DNA of 63,726 bases, from contig DASSSQ010000148.1 of the NCBI GenBank assembly GCA_035708405.1, positions 1 through 63,726 of the forward strand, given 5' to 3'. Source of the DNA: Gaiellaceae bacterium. Lineage in GTDB: Bacteria > Actinomycetota > Thermoleophilia > Gaiellales > Gaiellaceae. The position numbers and the translations under genes were made by a program. Position 1 is the stretch's first letter; every line of letters starts with the position of its first letter. Of this stretch, positions 1 to 9,551 are shown one piece after another. The notes under the pieces were generated by a model, which had not been told where the DNA came from, did not search any database, and saw nothing but the letters and a program-made list of their open reading frames with translations.

Positions 1-2
1 CG

Positions 3-458
3 ATCCCCCCGTTCGAGCGGCTCTACGAGTCGCACGCGCCCGAGCTGCTCGGCTACCTGACCCGGCTGCTCGGCCGCGAGGCGGCGGAGGACGCGTGGCA
101 GGAGACGTTCCTGCGCGCGCTCCGCGGCTACCCGCAGCTGCGGCACGGACGGCACCTGCGCGCGTGGCTCTTCACGATCGCGACGCGGGTCGCGCTCGAC
201 GAGCGGCGGCGAGCGAGACCGGCCGGGGGCGAGCTCCCGGAGCTGCCGGCCGAGGAGCGGGTCGACGCGCTCGCCGAGCTCGAGCCGTACACGGCCGAGC
301 TGCCGCCGACCGAGCGGGCCGCCGTCGTCCTCCGCTACGGCTACGACCTGGACTACGCGGAGATCGGCAGCGCGCTCGGCTCGAGCGCGGACGCCGCCAG
401 GCAGGCGGCGTCGTCCGGGGTCCGCAGACTGAGGAGGAACCATGCAGATCGCACCTGA
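3..458 (+). CDS. ECF-type sigma-70 family RNA polymerase sigma factor, 5'-truncated by the window edge
   Basis: The frame-3 translation has no start codon in the window, so it is absent from the ORF track. It reads ...ERLYESHAPELLGYLTRLLGREAAEDAWQETFLRALRGYPQLRHGRHLRAWLFTIATRVALDERRR...LPPTERAAVVLRYGYDLDYAEIGSALGSSADAARQAASSGVRRLRR, which matches sigma region 2 plus the region 4 HTH. The TGA at 456-458 overlaps the next gene by 17 nt. Confidence 0.7.
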   Translation: MPPFERLYESHAPELLGYLTRLLGREAAEDAWQETFLRALRGYPQLRHGRHLRAWLFTIATRVALDERRRARPAGGELPELPAEERVDALAELEPYTAELPPTERAAVVLRYGYDLDYAEIGSALGSSADAARQAASSGVRRLRRNHADRT

Positions 459-981
459 GCTCGACCGGCGCTTCCGCGAGGCCGCTGCCGCCGCGGGCCT
501 GCTCGACGCGGCGTACGACCTCGTCGACTCGCCGCTCGGCACCCTGCTCCTCGCCGCGACCGACCGCGGCGTCTGCCGCATCTCCTACGCGCAGGAGCTC
601 GAGCCGCTCGCCGCCGCGGTCGGGCCGCGCGTGCTGCGCGTCCCGGCGCGCCTCGCCGAGGCCCGGCGGCAGCTCGAGGAGTACTTCGCGGGCGCGCGGC
701 GCGACTTCGAGCTCGAGCTCGACCTGCGCGCGCCGGCGTTTCAGGAGCAGGTGCTGCGCGAGCTGGCGCGCGTCCCCTACGGCGAGCGCGCGACCTACGG
801 CGAGCTGGCGCGGCGGATCGGGAGGCCGCGCGCCGCGCGAGCCGTCGGCGGCGCGCTGAACCGGAACCCGCTGCCGATCGTCCTCCCCTGTCACCGCGTC
901 GTCGGCGCGAGTGGCTCGCTCGTCGGCTACGCCGGCGGCCTGGAACGAAAGCGCGCCCTGCTCGCGCTCGAGGCGGCTTAG
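442..981 (+). CDS. ogt: methylated-DNA--protein-cysteine methyltransferase (Ogt/MGMT)
   Basis: 179-aa ORF with the active-site signature LPIVLPCHRVVGASGSLVGYAGGLERKRALL (PCHRV motif). GC3-rich codon usage. Confidence 0.85.
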   Translation: MQIAPELDRRFREAAAAAGLLDAAYDLVDSPLGTLLLAATDRGVCRISYAQELEPLAAAVGPRVLRVPARLAEARRQLEEYFAGARRDFELELDLRAPAFQEQVLRELARVPYGERATYGELARRIGRPRAARAVGGALNRNPLPIVLPCHRVVGASGSLVGYAGGLERKRALLALEAA

Positions 982-986
982 AGCTC

Positions 987-1508
987 CTAGGCGAACAGCC
1001 GGTAGCCCTGGCCCCAGACGTTCGCGACCAGCGTCGTCTCCGGGTCGATCTCGCGGAACTTCCGGCGCAGCCGCGAGACGTGCGAGTCGAGCGTCCGCGT
1101 GCGGATCCAGCTCGGGTAGTCCCACACCGACTGCAGCAGCTCCTCCCGTGCGAAGAGCCGGTCGGGCTCGCGGGCGAGCGTCAGCAGCAGCTCGTACTCC
1201 TTCTGCGCGAGGACGAGCGGCCGGCCGTGCAGCGAGGCGCGCCGCGTGCGCGGATCGAGACGCACCGGCCCGGCCGCGACGACGTCCGGGCCGTCCGCCG
1301 GGGGGCGCAGGACGGCGCGGATCCGCTCGACGAGCTCCGGGCCGAGCGCGGCGGGATCGCCGAGGACGACGAGGTCGGGGCGCGAGCGCTCGACGAGCCC
1401 GTGCGGGTCGTCGCCGGCGAGGTCGCGAAAGCCCTCGGCGGCGAGGTGCCGCTCGAGGACGCCGCGGGCGGCTTCCTCCGGCTCGGCGATCACCAGTGCT
1501 GCGGACAT
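987..1508 (-). CDS. OmpR/PhoB-type winged-helix transcriptional regulator with a shortened, degenerate receiver domain
   Basis: The C-terminal part LVLAQKEYELLLTLAREPDRLFAREELLQSVWDYPSWIRTRTLDSHVSRLRRKFREIDPETTLVANVWGQGYRLF is a typical trans_reg_C domain. The N-terminal part is only about 75 aa and lacks the DD acidic pocket and the T/K residues. Confidence 0.7.
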   Translation of the reverse strand: MSAALVIAEPEEAARGVLERHLAAEGFRDLAGDDPHGLVERSRPDLVVLGDPAALGPELVERIRAVLRPPADGPDVVAAGPVRLDPRTRRASLHGRPLVLAQKEYELLLTLAREPDRLFAREELLQSVWDYPSWIRTRTLDSHVSRLRRKFREIDPETTLVANVWGQGYRLFA

Positions 1509-1601
1509 GGCGCGAAGCTATCGCCGCGTCCGCGGCGCGACCAGATGTCCTTTGCGCCGGTTCTGTGACGTTTCTTCGACAGCCGCCGCAGCGAGACCGG
1601 T

Positions 1602-3266
1602 CTACAAGCGACCGGAGCGCAGCACGCCCCAGAGCAGCCAGCAGCCGAGCAGGAACGAGAGGATGAAGCCGACGAGCGAGAGCACGTTGATCCCGAGCAC
1701 CATCGGCCCCGTCTTCGCGAAGATCCCGATCAGGCTCGAGCCGATCAGGCCGCCGGTGACGACGAGCGCGACGACGAGCCGGTTGAACGCGACGTTCATC
1801 CGCGCGAGGAACTCGTCGAGCCCCTTGTGCACGAAGCCGACCTCGATCTCGCCGTCGCGCAGCTCCTCGAGGATGTCGTGCAGCTGGTACGGCACCTCCG
1901 CCGCCATCGACGCGAGCCGCCACGCCTCCTTGCGGCCGCGGACGGCGACGCGCCGCGGCGTGAAGCGCTCCAGCATCAACGAGCGCGCATACGGCTTCGC
2001 GATCTCGAACACGTTGAAGTCCGGGTAGAGCTCGACGCCGACCGAGCCCAGGGTCGCGATCGCCTTGTCCAGCATCACGAACCGGGTCGGCAGGTGCAGG
2101 TTCATCCGGTAGATCAGCGCGAACGCCTCGCGGATCACCTGCAGCGGGTCGATCTCCGAGAGGCGCGCGCCGTAGTAGCGGTAGAAGAGCTCGCGCAGCT
2201 CGGCGAGGAACTGGTCCTCGAGCTCCTTCGGATAGCGGACGCCGAGGTCGGAGAGCCGCTTCGGCAGGGCGTCGACGTTCTCGGACGCGGCGTCGATGAA
2301 GAGCCGCGTCAGCTTCGACATGTCGTCGTCGGTCAGCTTGCCGGTCAGGCCGAAGTCGACGAGCCCGACCTGGTCGCGGCCGAGCACGAGGATGTTCGCC
2401 GGGTGCGGGTCGCCGTGGAAGAAGCCGTGGCGGAAGATCATCGTCATCCAGCCCTCGGCGACGAGGTAGGCGAGCCGGCGGCGCTCCTCCAGCGACCAGC
2501 TGGCGAGGTCGAGGTCGGCGAGCTGCTCGCCCTCGAGGAACTCGAGCGTCAGCACGCGGGCACGGGTGTAGCTCCAGTAGACGCGCGGGATGCGGACGTG
2601 CGGGTGGCCGGCGAAGTTGCGGTGGAAGGCCTCGGCGTTGCGGCCCTCGAGCCGGTAGTCGAGCTCCTGGCGGATCGACCGGGCGAACTCGTCGACGAGC
2701 TGCTCGGCGTCGATGAAGTCGAAGGCGCGGACGCGCTCCTTGCCGAGCCGCGCCGCCTGCAGGAGCAGCGCGAGGTCGGCCTCGATCTGGCGCGGCGCGT
2801 CCGGGCGCTGCACCTTGACGGCGACGCGGCGGCCGTTCGGCAGCTGCGCGCGGTGCACCTGGCCGATCGACGCCGCGGCGAGCGGCCGCTCGTCGAACTC
2901 GACGAAGAGCCGCTCGATCGGCTGGCCGAGCTCCTCGGCCACCACGCGGCGTACGTCCTCGAGCGGGAACGGGCGTACGTCGTCCTGCAGGCCGCGCAGC
3001 TCGACGATGATGTCCGGCGGGACGACGTCCGGCCGCGTCGAGAGCAGCTGGCCGAACTTGACGAAGGTCGGACCGAGCTCGTCCAGCATCTCGCGCAGGT
3101 GCTGCCCGCGCGCCGAGCCGCTGCCGTTCGCGGACGGGAGCTCGACCGTCTCGCGGAACGGGATCAGGTCGGTCAGCCGGTGGCGCTCGAACAGGTAGCC
3201 GAACCCGTGCCGGACCGCGACCTGCGCGATCTCCGACAGCCGGCCGAGGTTCCGGGTCGTCGACAC
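1602..3266 (-). CDS. ABC1/UbiB (AarF) atypical kinase family protein with C-terminal TM helices
   Basis: 554-aa ORF with a GTG start. It carries the ABC1 signature FVKFGQLLSTRPDVVPPDIIVELRGLQDDV, HGDPHPANILV, and a hydrophobic C-terminus. Confidence 0.85.
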   Translation of the reverse strand: MSTTRNLGRLSEIAQVAVRHGFGYLFERHRLTDLIPFRETVELPSANGSGSARGQHLREMLDELGPTFVKFGQLLSTRPDVVPPDIIVELRGLQDDVRPFPLEDVRRVVAEELGQPIERLFVEFDERPLAAASIGQVHRAQLPNGRRVAVKVQRPDAPRQIEADLALLLQAARLGKERVRAFDFIDAEQLVDEFARSIRQELDYRLEGRNAEAFHRNFAGHPHVRIPRVYWSYTRARVLTLEFLEGEQLADLDLASWSLEERRRLAYLVAEGWMTMIFRHGFFHGDPHPANILVLGRDQVGLVDFGLTGKLTDDDMSKLTRLFIDAASENVDALPKRLSDLGVRYPKELEDQFLAELRELFYRYYGARLSEIDPLQVIREAFALIYRMNLHLPTRFVMLDKAIATLGSVGVELYPDFNVFEIAKPYARSLMLERFTPRRVAVRGRKEAWRLASMAAEVPYQLHDILEELRDGEIEVGFVHKGLDEFLARMNVAFNRLVVALVVTGGLIGSSLIGIFAKTGPMVLGINVLSLVGFILSFLLGCWLLWGVLRSGRL

Positions 3267-3314
3267 GGGGCTCTAGTCTTGCACGGAGGCCGCGAGATCC
3301 CTGCGCCGCCGGTC

Positions 3315-3337
3315 CCTTGTGACACTGTGTCACAAGG
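3315..3337. repeat. 23-nt perfect palindrome CCTTGTGACAC-T-GTGTCACAAGG (copy 1 of 2)
   Basis: Read directly from the sequence. It lies 12 nt downstream of the greA stop and about 50 nt upstream of the UbiB-family start. It is AT-richer than its surroundings, and 19 nt are identical to 33060..33078. Confidence 0.8.
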
Positions 3338-3349
3338 AAGAAGGAACGG

Positions 3350-3808
3350 CTACGCGGCGCGGATCGTGCGGACGCGCGCCTTCCAGGTGCCGCGCGGCGC
3401 GGCGACCTCGACCTCGTCGCCGGCACGGGCGCCCATCAGCGCTTCCCCGAGCGGCGCCGTCGGCGAGACGGCGCCCGGCTTGGTGAGGTTCGAGATCTCG
3501 ATCGTCATCGTCTTGCCGTCGTCGGTCTCGATCTCGACCGACGAGCCGACCGAGACGACGTCGCTGCCAGCGTTCTCGACGATCTCCGAGGTCTCGAGCC
3601 GGTGCCGCAGCGTGCGGATGCGCGCCTCGAGCAGGCCCTGCTCGTTCTTGGCGGCGTGGTACTCGAAGTTCTCCGAGAGGTCGCCGAACTCGCGCGCGGT
3701 CTTGATCGCCTGCACGACCTCGGCGCGGCGCGGTCCCTCGAGCTCGGCCAGCTCGCGCTCGAGCTCGTCGTGCTGCTTGCGGGTCAGGTACTCGTGTTGC
3801 TCGGTCAT
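3350..3808 (-). CDS. greA: transcription elongation factor GreA
   Basis: 152 aa. LTRKQHDELERELAELEGPRRAEVVQAIKTAREFGDLSENFEYHAAKNEQGLLEARI is the canonical GreA N-terminal coiled coil, followed by the C-terminal FKBP-like domain. Confidence 0.9.
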   Translation of the reverse strand: MTEQHEYLTRKQHDELERELAELEGPRRAEVVQAIKTAREFGDLSENFEYHAAKNEQGLLEARIRTLRHRLETSEIVENAGSDVVSVGSSVEIETDDGKTMTIEISNLTKPGAVSPTAPLGEALMGARAGDEVEVAAPRGTWKARVRTIRAA

Positions 3809-3825
3809 GGGGCCAGCGTAACGGA

Positions 3826-4182
3826 CTAGTGCGGCGGCGGCGGCGTGGCGGGCTCGCCCTCGACGAGCCGCAGCCGGTGCTCGAGCTGCGCGACGCGGAG
3901 CTCCAGCTCGTCCCAGTCATCGCGGGTGACGAGCCCGAGCTCGCGGAAGAGGCCGGCGAGCGAGACGCGCGTCCGCTCGCTGATCCGGACGGCGTCGCCG
4001 CGCCAGCGCGCCCCGAGCTCGTCGATCGCCGCGCGCGCCTCGTCCTTGCGCACGCCGCCGAGCTCGGAGAGGTCGTCCGCCATCCTCTCGGCCCGGTCGG
4101 CGGTCAGCGCGAGCGCGCCGAAGCCGGCGAGCACGAGCCGCTCCGCGAGATCGCGGAGCTCGTTGCTGCCGGGCGCGGCCAT
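3826..4182 (-). CDS. phasin-like / PHA-granule-regulator-like small coiled-coil protein (COG3937-like)
   Basis: 118 aa. The pattern LVLAGFGALALTADRAERMADDLSELGGVRKDEAR...LGLVTRDDWDELELRVAQLEHRL is present. It lies 17 nt upstream of greA on the same strand. Confidence 0.5.
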   Translation of the reverse strand: MAAPGSNELRDLAERLVLAGFGALALTADRAERMADDLSELGGVRKDEARAAIDELGARWRGDAVRISERTRVSLAGLFRELGLVTRDDWDELELRVAQLEHRLRLVEGEPATPPPPH

Positions 4183-4195
4183 GCGCGCAGCGTAG

Positions 4196-4573
4196 CTACG
4201 CCGGCGCGAGGACGTTCAGGCCGGCGGCCTCGGCACCGGCCGCGAGCCGCCGGTCGTAGCAGCAGAAGCCGCCGACGGCGTCGCCGAGCGACAGGGCGGT
4301 GGCGAGATGGATCGCGTCGAGCGCGCGCAAGGCCGGCGAGACGTCGACGGCGAGCTCGCGGACGCGGTCGTCCAGCTCGACGAGCGAGACGCGGCCGAGC
4401 GCGGCCGCGGCATCGGCGCCGCCGCGCCTGGCGATCCGCCGCGTCTCGATGTCGCCCACGACGCTCGTCGTGTGTGCGTTCCACCGGCGCAGCTCCTCGA
4501 CGAGCCCGTCGGACTCGGGCTCGCGCAGGACGAGCTTCACGAGCGCCGACGAGTCGAGGTAGAGCGCGGTCAG
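4196..4573 (-). CDS. vapC: PIN-domain ribonuclease toxin VapC
   Basis: The C-terminal 125 aa of track ORF 4196..5308 read (L)TALYLDSSALVKLVLREPESD...DAIHLATALSLGDAVGGFCCYDRRLAAGA, a PIN fold with conserved acidic residues. No ATG or GTG sits at the expected position. The candidate start is a CTG overlapping the antitoxin TGA; the alternative is a GTG at 4612. Confidence 0.7.
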   Translation of the reverse strand: MTALYLDSSALVKLVLREPESDGLVEELRRWNAHTTSVVGDIETRRIARRGGADAAAALGRVSLVELDDRVRELAVDVSPALRALDAIHLATALSLGDAVGGFCCYDRRLAAGAEAAGLNVLAPA

Positions 4574-4854
4574 ATCTCGTCCTCGCGCATCTCGTCCAGG
4601 AGCTCGCTCAACGGCCGCGCCCCCGGCGGCGCGTCCGGGATGGCGAGATCGTCGAAGCTCCCGCGCCCGACGCGAGCGATCCGCCCCTCCGCGACGAGCC
4701 GCGCGATCGCCGGATCCTGAGCCTGCAGCGGCGGCACGAGCGCCGCGACCGTGCGCCCCCGCTCGGTCACCTCGAAGCTCTCGCCCTCCTGGACGCGGCG
4801 AATCCACTTCGAGAGGTTCTGGCGCAACTCGCGAATGCCGACGCGCTCGGTCAT
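4570..4854 (-). CDS. Phd/YefM-family type II antitoxin
   Basis: 94 aa. MTERVGIRELRQNLSKWIRRVQEGESFEVTERGRTVAALVP is the typical Phd/YefM N-terminus. Its stop overlaps the start region of the PIN gene. Confidence 0.75.
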   Translation of the reverse strand: MTERVGIRELRQNLSKWIRRVQEGESFEVTERGRTVAALVPPLQAQDPAIARLVAEGRIARVGRGSFDDLAIPDAPPGARPLSELLDEMREDEI

Positions 4855-4872
4855 GTAGCACGTACTGTAGCA
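4854..4872 (-). promoter_or_regulatory. direct repeat TGTAGCA-CGTAC-TGTAGCA abutting the antitoxin start codon (candidate TA autoregulatory operator)
   Basis: Seen in sequence. On the minus strand it reads TGCTACA-GTACG-TGCTACA-TG(ATG start). A TATGCT -10-like hexamer lies just upstream and there is no Shine-Dalgarno. Confidence 0.3.
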
Positions 4873-5082
4873 TATCAGCGGGAGTCGGCGTGGCCGGGCG
4901 GTTGCCGGTCGCGGTCGTGCGGACGGCGCAGCAGGAGTTGGAGCGTCTGGCTGCTGACTGCGAGCGTCCGGCTTCGGGACGTCCGGCGACCACGTGGAAG
5001 AGCGGGTCGGTCATCGCGATAGCCCGCCACGTATTGCCGACCGAACCTCGGCTACGCGACCGCTTCTGTCGCGTGAGCCCAG

Positions 5083-7824
5083 CTAGCGCGCGCGGCCGTG
5101 CGGCCTGGCGCGGCGGCGCTGCTTGCGGCGCTCGCGCTTCGCCTGCGAGCGAGAGATCGCCTCCTCGGTCGCGTGCACCGGGTGCGCGACCGCCTGCACG
5201 GCAGGCTGCGCGGCTGCGGCGCCCTCGGCGCGGGCGAGCGCGACGTCGCCGTCGCCGACCGCGACGGTCGGCCGGCGGCGCGCGTACTCCGGGTCGCGCT
5301 GCTTCCACCAGGAAAGCAGCGGCGAGGCGATGAAGATCGAGGAGTACGCGCCGGAGGTGATCCCGATCAGCAGCGCGAAGGCGAAGTCCTTCAGCGTGTC
5401 GCCGCCGAAGAAGAGCAGCGAGCCGATCGGCAGCAGCGTGATGAACGTCGTCGCCAGCGAGCGGCGGATCGTCTCCCAGAGCGAGACGTTGACGATCTCG
5501 TCGAACGGCGCCCGCCGCATCAGCGGCACGTTCTCGCGCACGCGGTCGAAGATGATGATGTTGTCGTAGATCGAGTAGCCGAGCACGGTCAGGATCGCCG
5601 CGACCGTCGACTGCGTCACCTCGCGGCCCGACAGCGAGTAGATGCCGATCGTGATCAGGACGTCGTGCAGCATCCCGACGATCACCGGGATCGCGAACTT
5701 GTAGCCGCCGACCGCGCGGAAGCGCATCGTGATGTAGAGCACGATCAGCAGCAGCGAGACGATGATCGCGACGATCGCGAGCCGCGCGATCTGCGCGCCG
5801 AAGCTCGAGGAGACGCTCTGGACGCCGAACTTCTGCGCGTTCACCGCCTTCTTCAGGTCGTTCTCGAGCGCGGTCTGCTGCGCCGGCTCGAGGTGCTTCG
5901 TCCGCACCTGGAACTGCTTGTAGAAGTTGCCGTTCGTCTGGGTGCCGCGGCCCTGGATCACCGCGTCCTTCGAGTGGCCGATCCGCGCCGTCTGCGCGCG
6001 GACGAGGTCGAGCGAGGTCGGCTTCGGCGTCGCGAACGTCATCTGCGTGCCGCCCTTGAAGTCGATCCCGAGGTTGAGGCCGCGCGCGCCGAGCGAGACC
6101 GCCGCGATCAGCAGGAAGATGCCGGAGAACGCGAACCAGAACTTGGCGCGGTTCGCGAAGTCGATCTGCAGCCAGCGGCCCTTCTGCGTGCCGTGGGCGC
6201 CCATGAAGTGCGGGTTGTCGAACCAGCGGAAGCCGGCGAGCAGGCCGAGCATCGCGCGCGTCGCCGCGACCGCGGTGATCAGCGAGATTACCGTCCCGAT
6301 CAGGAGCATCAGCGCGAAGCCCTTGACGCCCGCGGTCGCGACCGCGAACAGCACGAGCGCCGTGATCGCCGTCACGACGTTCGCGTCGACGATCGTGTGG
6401 AAGCCCTTCGCATAGCCGTTCGCGATCGCCGCCCGCACGGACTTGCCCGCGCGGTACTCCTCTTTCACGCGTTCGAAGATGACGACGTTCGCGTCCGCCG
6501 CGACGCCGATCGTCAGGATCATCCCCGCGAAGCCCGGCAGCGTCAGCGTCACGTTGAAGAGCAGGATCGCCGCGTACAGGAACGCGCCGTAGATCGCGAG
6601 CCCGACGACCGCGACCAGGCCGAGGAAGCGGTAGAGCAGGAGCAGGAACAGGCAGACGAGGATCAGGCCGCCGATCGCCGCCTTGTAGGCCTGCGAGAGC
6701 GAGTCCTTGCCGAGCGTCGCCGAGACGTCGGTTCGCTCGATCGTGTTGAACTTGACCGGCAGCGCGCCGGTCTGCAGCACGAGCGCGATGTCCTTCGCCT
6801 CCTGCAGCGACTGCAGGCCCGTGATCTGCGCGCCGGAGCCGGTCGGGTCGATCCCGTTCGCGAGCGACGGGTCGGTGTAGTCGATCTGCGGCCAGGTGCG
6901 GATCTGGTTGTCGAGGACGATCGCGAAGTGCTGCGCGAAGCCCAGCGCACGGCCGCGCACCGCCTCGGCCTTCGTCACCTCGTGGAAGAGCTTGTTGCCC
7001 TTCGAGGTGAACTTCATCAGCACGACCGGCTGGCTCGTGTTCGGGTCGATGTCCTGCCGCGTGCCGGAGAGGTCGAGATCGGAGCCGGTCATCTGCGGCA
7101 CCGGGTTCGGCCCGGTCGTGTCGTGCTCGAAGAGGTAGAAGTACTCCTGGCCCGGCGTCGGCGCCGCCGCGAGGCCCGGGCAGACGGCGGAGGAGACGCT
7201 GTCGCAGGTGATCACGACCATGTGCTCCGGCACGGCGAGCAGCGTCGTCTTGCCGGACTTCTTCGCCCGGATCTTCTCGATCGCCGCCTTCGAGCCGATC
7301 GGCCCCGCGAGCAGGCGCTTCTTCGCGTTGAACAGGTAGTAGGTCGAGGGCTCGCCCTGCTTCGCCTTCGCCTCGACCGGCTTCAGCAGGTCGTAGAGCC
7401 GGGTCTTGGCGACGATCTGGCCGGCGCCGGCGCCCTTGGAGGGGCCGGTGACCGAGGTCTCGAGGTCGTACAGCTCGAGCTGCGCGGTCTTGCCGATGAT
7501 CGCCGCCGCCTTCGCCGGGTCGTGGACGCCGGCGAGCTCGATCACGATCTGGTTCGAGCCCTGCTTGCGGATCTCCGGCTCCGAGACGCCGAGCTTGTCG
7601 ACGCGGTTCCGCATGATCGAGACCGACCGGTCGAGGTCGTCCGAGGTCAGCTTGTGACCCTTCGGCGGCACCGCCTGCAGCACCACCTCGAGCCCGCCCT
7701 GCAGGTCGAGCCCGAGCGTCGGCTTCTTCTGCACCGGCGAGCCGGGCGCCGCGAGCAGCGCGACGCCGACGAGTGCGGCCACGATCAGCGCGAAGAGGGT
7801 AAGGTGCGAGCGACGGGAATGCAC
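5083..7824 (-). CDS. secDF: fused protein translocase subunit SecDF
   Basis: 913 aa with a GTG start. The SecD-type N-terminus is TLGLDLQGGLEVVLQAV, followed by a periplasmic domain, 12 TM segments, and the SecF-type half (GIDFKGGTQMTF...). Confidence 0.9.
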   Translation of the reverse strand: MHSRRSHLTLFALIVAALVGVALLAAPGSPVQKKPTLGLDLQGGLEVVLQAVPPKGHKLTSDDLDRSVSIMRNRVDKLGVSEPEIRKQGSNQIVIELAGVHDPAKAAAIIGKTAQLELYDLETSVTGPSKGAGAGQIVAKTRLYDLLKPVEAKAKQGEPSTYYLFNAKKRLLAGPIGSKAAIEKIRAKKSGKTTLLAVPEHMVVITCDSVSSAVCPGLAAAPTPGQEYFYLFEHDTTGPNPVPQMTGSDLDLSGTRQDIDPNTSQPVVLMKFTSKGNKLFHEVTKAEAVRGRALGFAQHFAIVLDNQIRTWPQIDYTDPSLANGIDPTGSGAQITGLQSLQEAKDIALVLQTGALPVKFNTIERTDVSATLGKDSLSQAYKAAIGGLILVCLFLLLLYRFLGLVAVVGLAIYGAFLYAAILLFNVTLTLPGFAGMILTIGVAADANVVIFERVKEEYRAGKSVRAAIANGYAKGFHTIVDANVVTAITALVLFAVATAGVKGFALMLLIGTVISLITAVAATRAMLGLLAGFRWFDNPHFMGAHGTQKGRWLQIDFANRAKFWFAFSGIFLLIAAVSLGARGLNLGIDFKGGTQMTFATPKPTSLDLVRAQTARIGHSKDAVIQGRGTQTNGNFYKQFQVRTKHLEPAQQTALENDLKKAVNAQKFGVQSVSSSFGAQIARLAIVAIIVSLLLIVLYITMRFRAVGGYKFAIPVIVGMLHDVLITIGIYSLSGREVTQSTVAAILTVLGYSIYDNIIIFDRVRENVPLMRRAPFDEIVNVSLWETIRRSLATTFITLLPIGSLLFFGGDTLKDFAFALLIGITSGAYSSIFIASPLLSWWKQRDPEYARRRPTVAVGDGDVALARAEGAAAAQPAVQAVAHPVHATEEAISRSQAKRERRKQRRRARPHGRAR

Positions 7825-7842
7825 GTGGCGTTCCGGAACAGA

Positions 7843-8153
7843 TTAGCCGTGCTTCTCGTCCATCGCAGATCCGATTTCGACCGGTTCCTGCGGCTCTTCG
7901 GGCTCGGCCTCGATCCGTGCGGCGACGGCGCGGCGGTCGACGCGGACGACCGTCCCGGGCGCGATCTCGACGCGCAGCACCGACTCGTCGACCTCGACGA
8001 CGTCGCCGTGGAGGCCGCCGGCGGTGATCACCTCGTCGCCGGCGGCGAGCGCGTCCTGCATGCCGGCGTGCGCGCGCTGGCGGCGCCGCTGCGGCAGCAC
8101 GACGAAGAACCAGAAGAGCAGGAGGAGGACGACCAGCGGAAGGATGACCTGCA

Positions 8154-8154
<1 letters not shown>
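7843..8154 (-). CDS. yajC: preprotein translocase subunit YajC
   Basis: The C-terminal 103 aa of shadow-extended ORF 7843..9393 read VQVILPLVVLLLLFWFFVVLPQRRRQRAHAGMQDALAAGDEVITAGGLHGDVVEV. The GTG start overlaps the tgt TAG by 1 nt. Confidence 0.8.
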
Positions 8155-9290
<1,136 letters not shown>

Positions 9291-9551
9291 CGGAATGAGC
9301 ATCCACGACGCAGAGCAGGATCCGAGCGGCCGCCGCCGCGACGAGTTGGGCGGTGACATCCGCGATTCGCCCGATTCCGACGAGGAAAGCCACGAGCCAG
9401 CACAGCGCGGAGATCGACGAGACCGCCCGCGAGACCCTAGACGGACGTCAATTCCAAGGGCCTCGCTTCGGGTCCTCGCCGAGGAGATCGGCGGCGCGCT
9501 CGCAGATCTCCCGCCCCGTCCACTGGTCGGAGTTCCAGTCGAAGCGATAGA

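Noticed and set aside
3315-3337. Interpretation of the palindrome as a CRP/FNR-family site
   Set aside because: It contains TGTGA...TCACA, but the half-sites are separated by 7 nt (odd-length palindrome) rather than the canonical N6. Both copies sit at gene 3' ends rather than in typical promoter positions.
172-3426. 1084-aa minus-strand ORF spanning the ogt, OmpR-like and UbiB-family regions
   Set aside because: It has extreme Arg/Ala/Pro composition and no domain-like segments. It runs antisense or out of frame to three ORFs with clear family signatures. This is a typical open shadow frame of GC-rich DNA.
4873-5082. 210-nt gene-free stretch between the toxin-antitoxin pair and secDF, examined for a small ORF, sRNA or mobile-element scar
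   Set aside because: There are no repeats or inverted termini, no ORF with a start codon plus sensible composition, and no convincing hairpin. I left it unannotated.
9448-9551. Protein-like peptide tail (LIYRFDWNSDQWTGREICERAADLLGEDPKRGPWN) in the 261-nt queA-tgt spacer
   Set aside because: The composition looks coding, but there is no in-frame ATG, GTG or TTG after the queA stop (only a CTG) and no RBS. It may be a gene remnant. The evidence is not enough to call a CDS or pseudogene.
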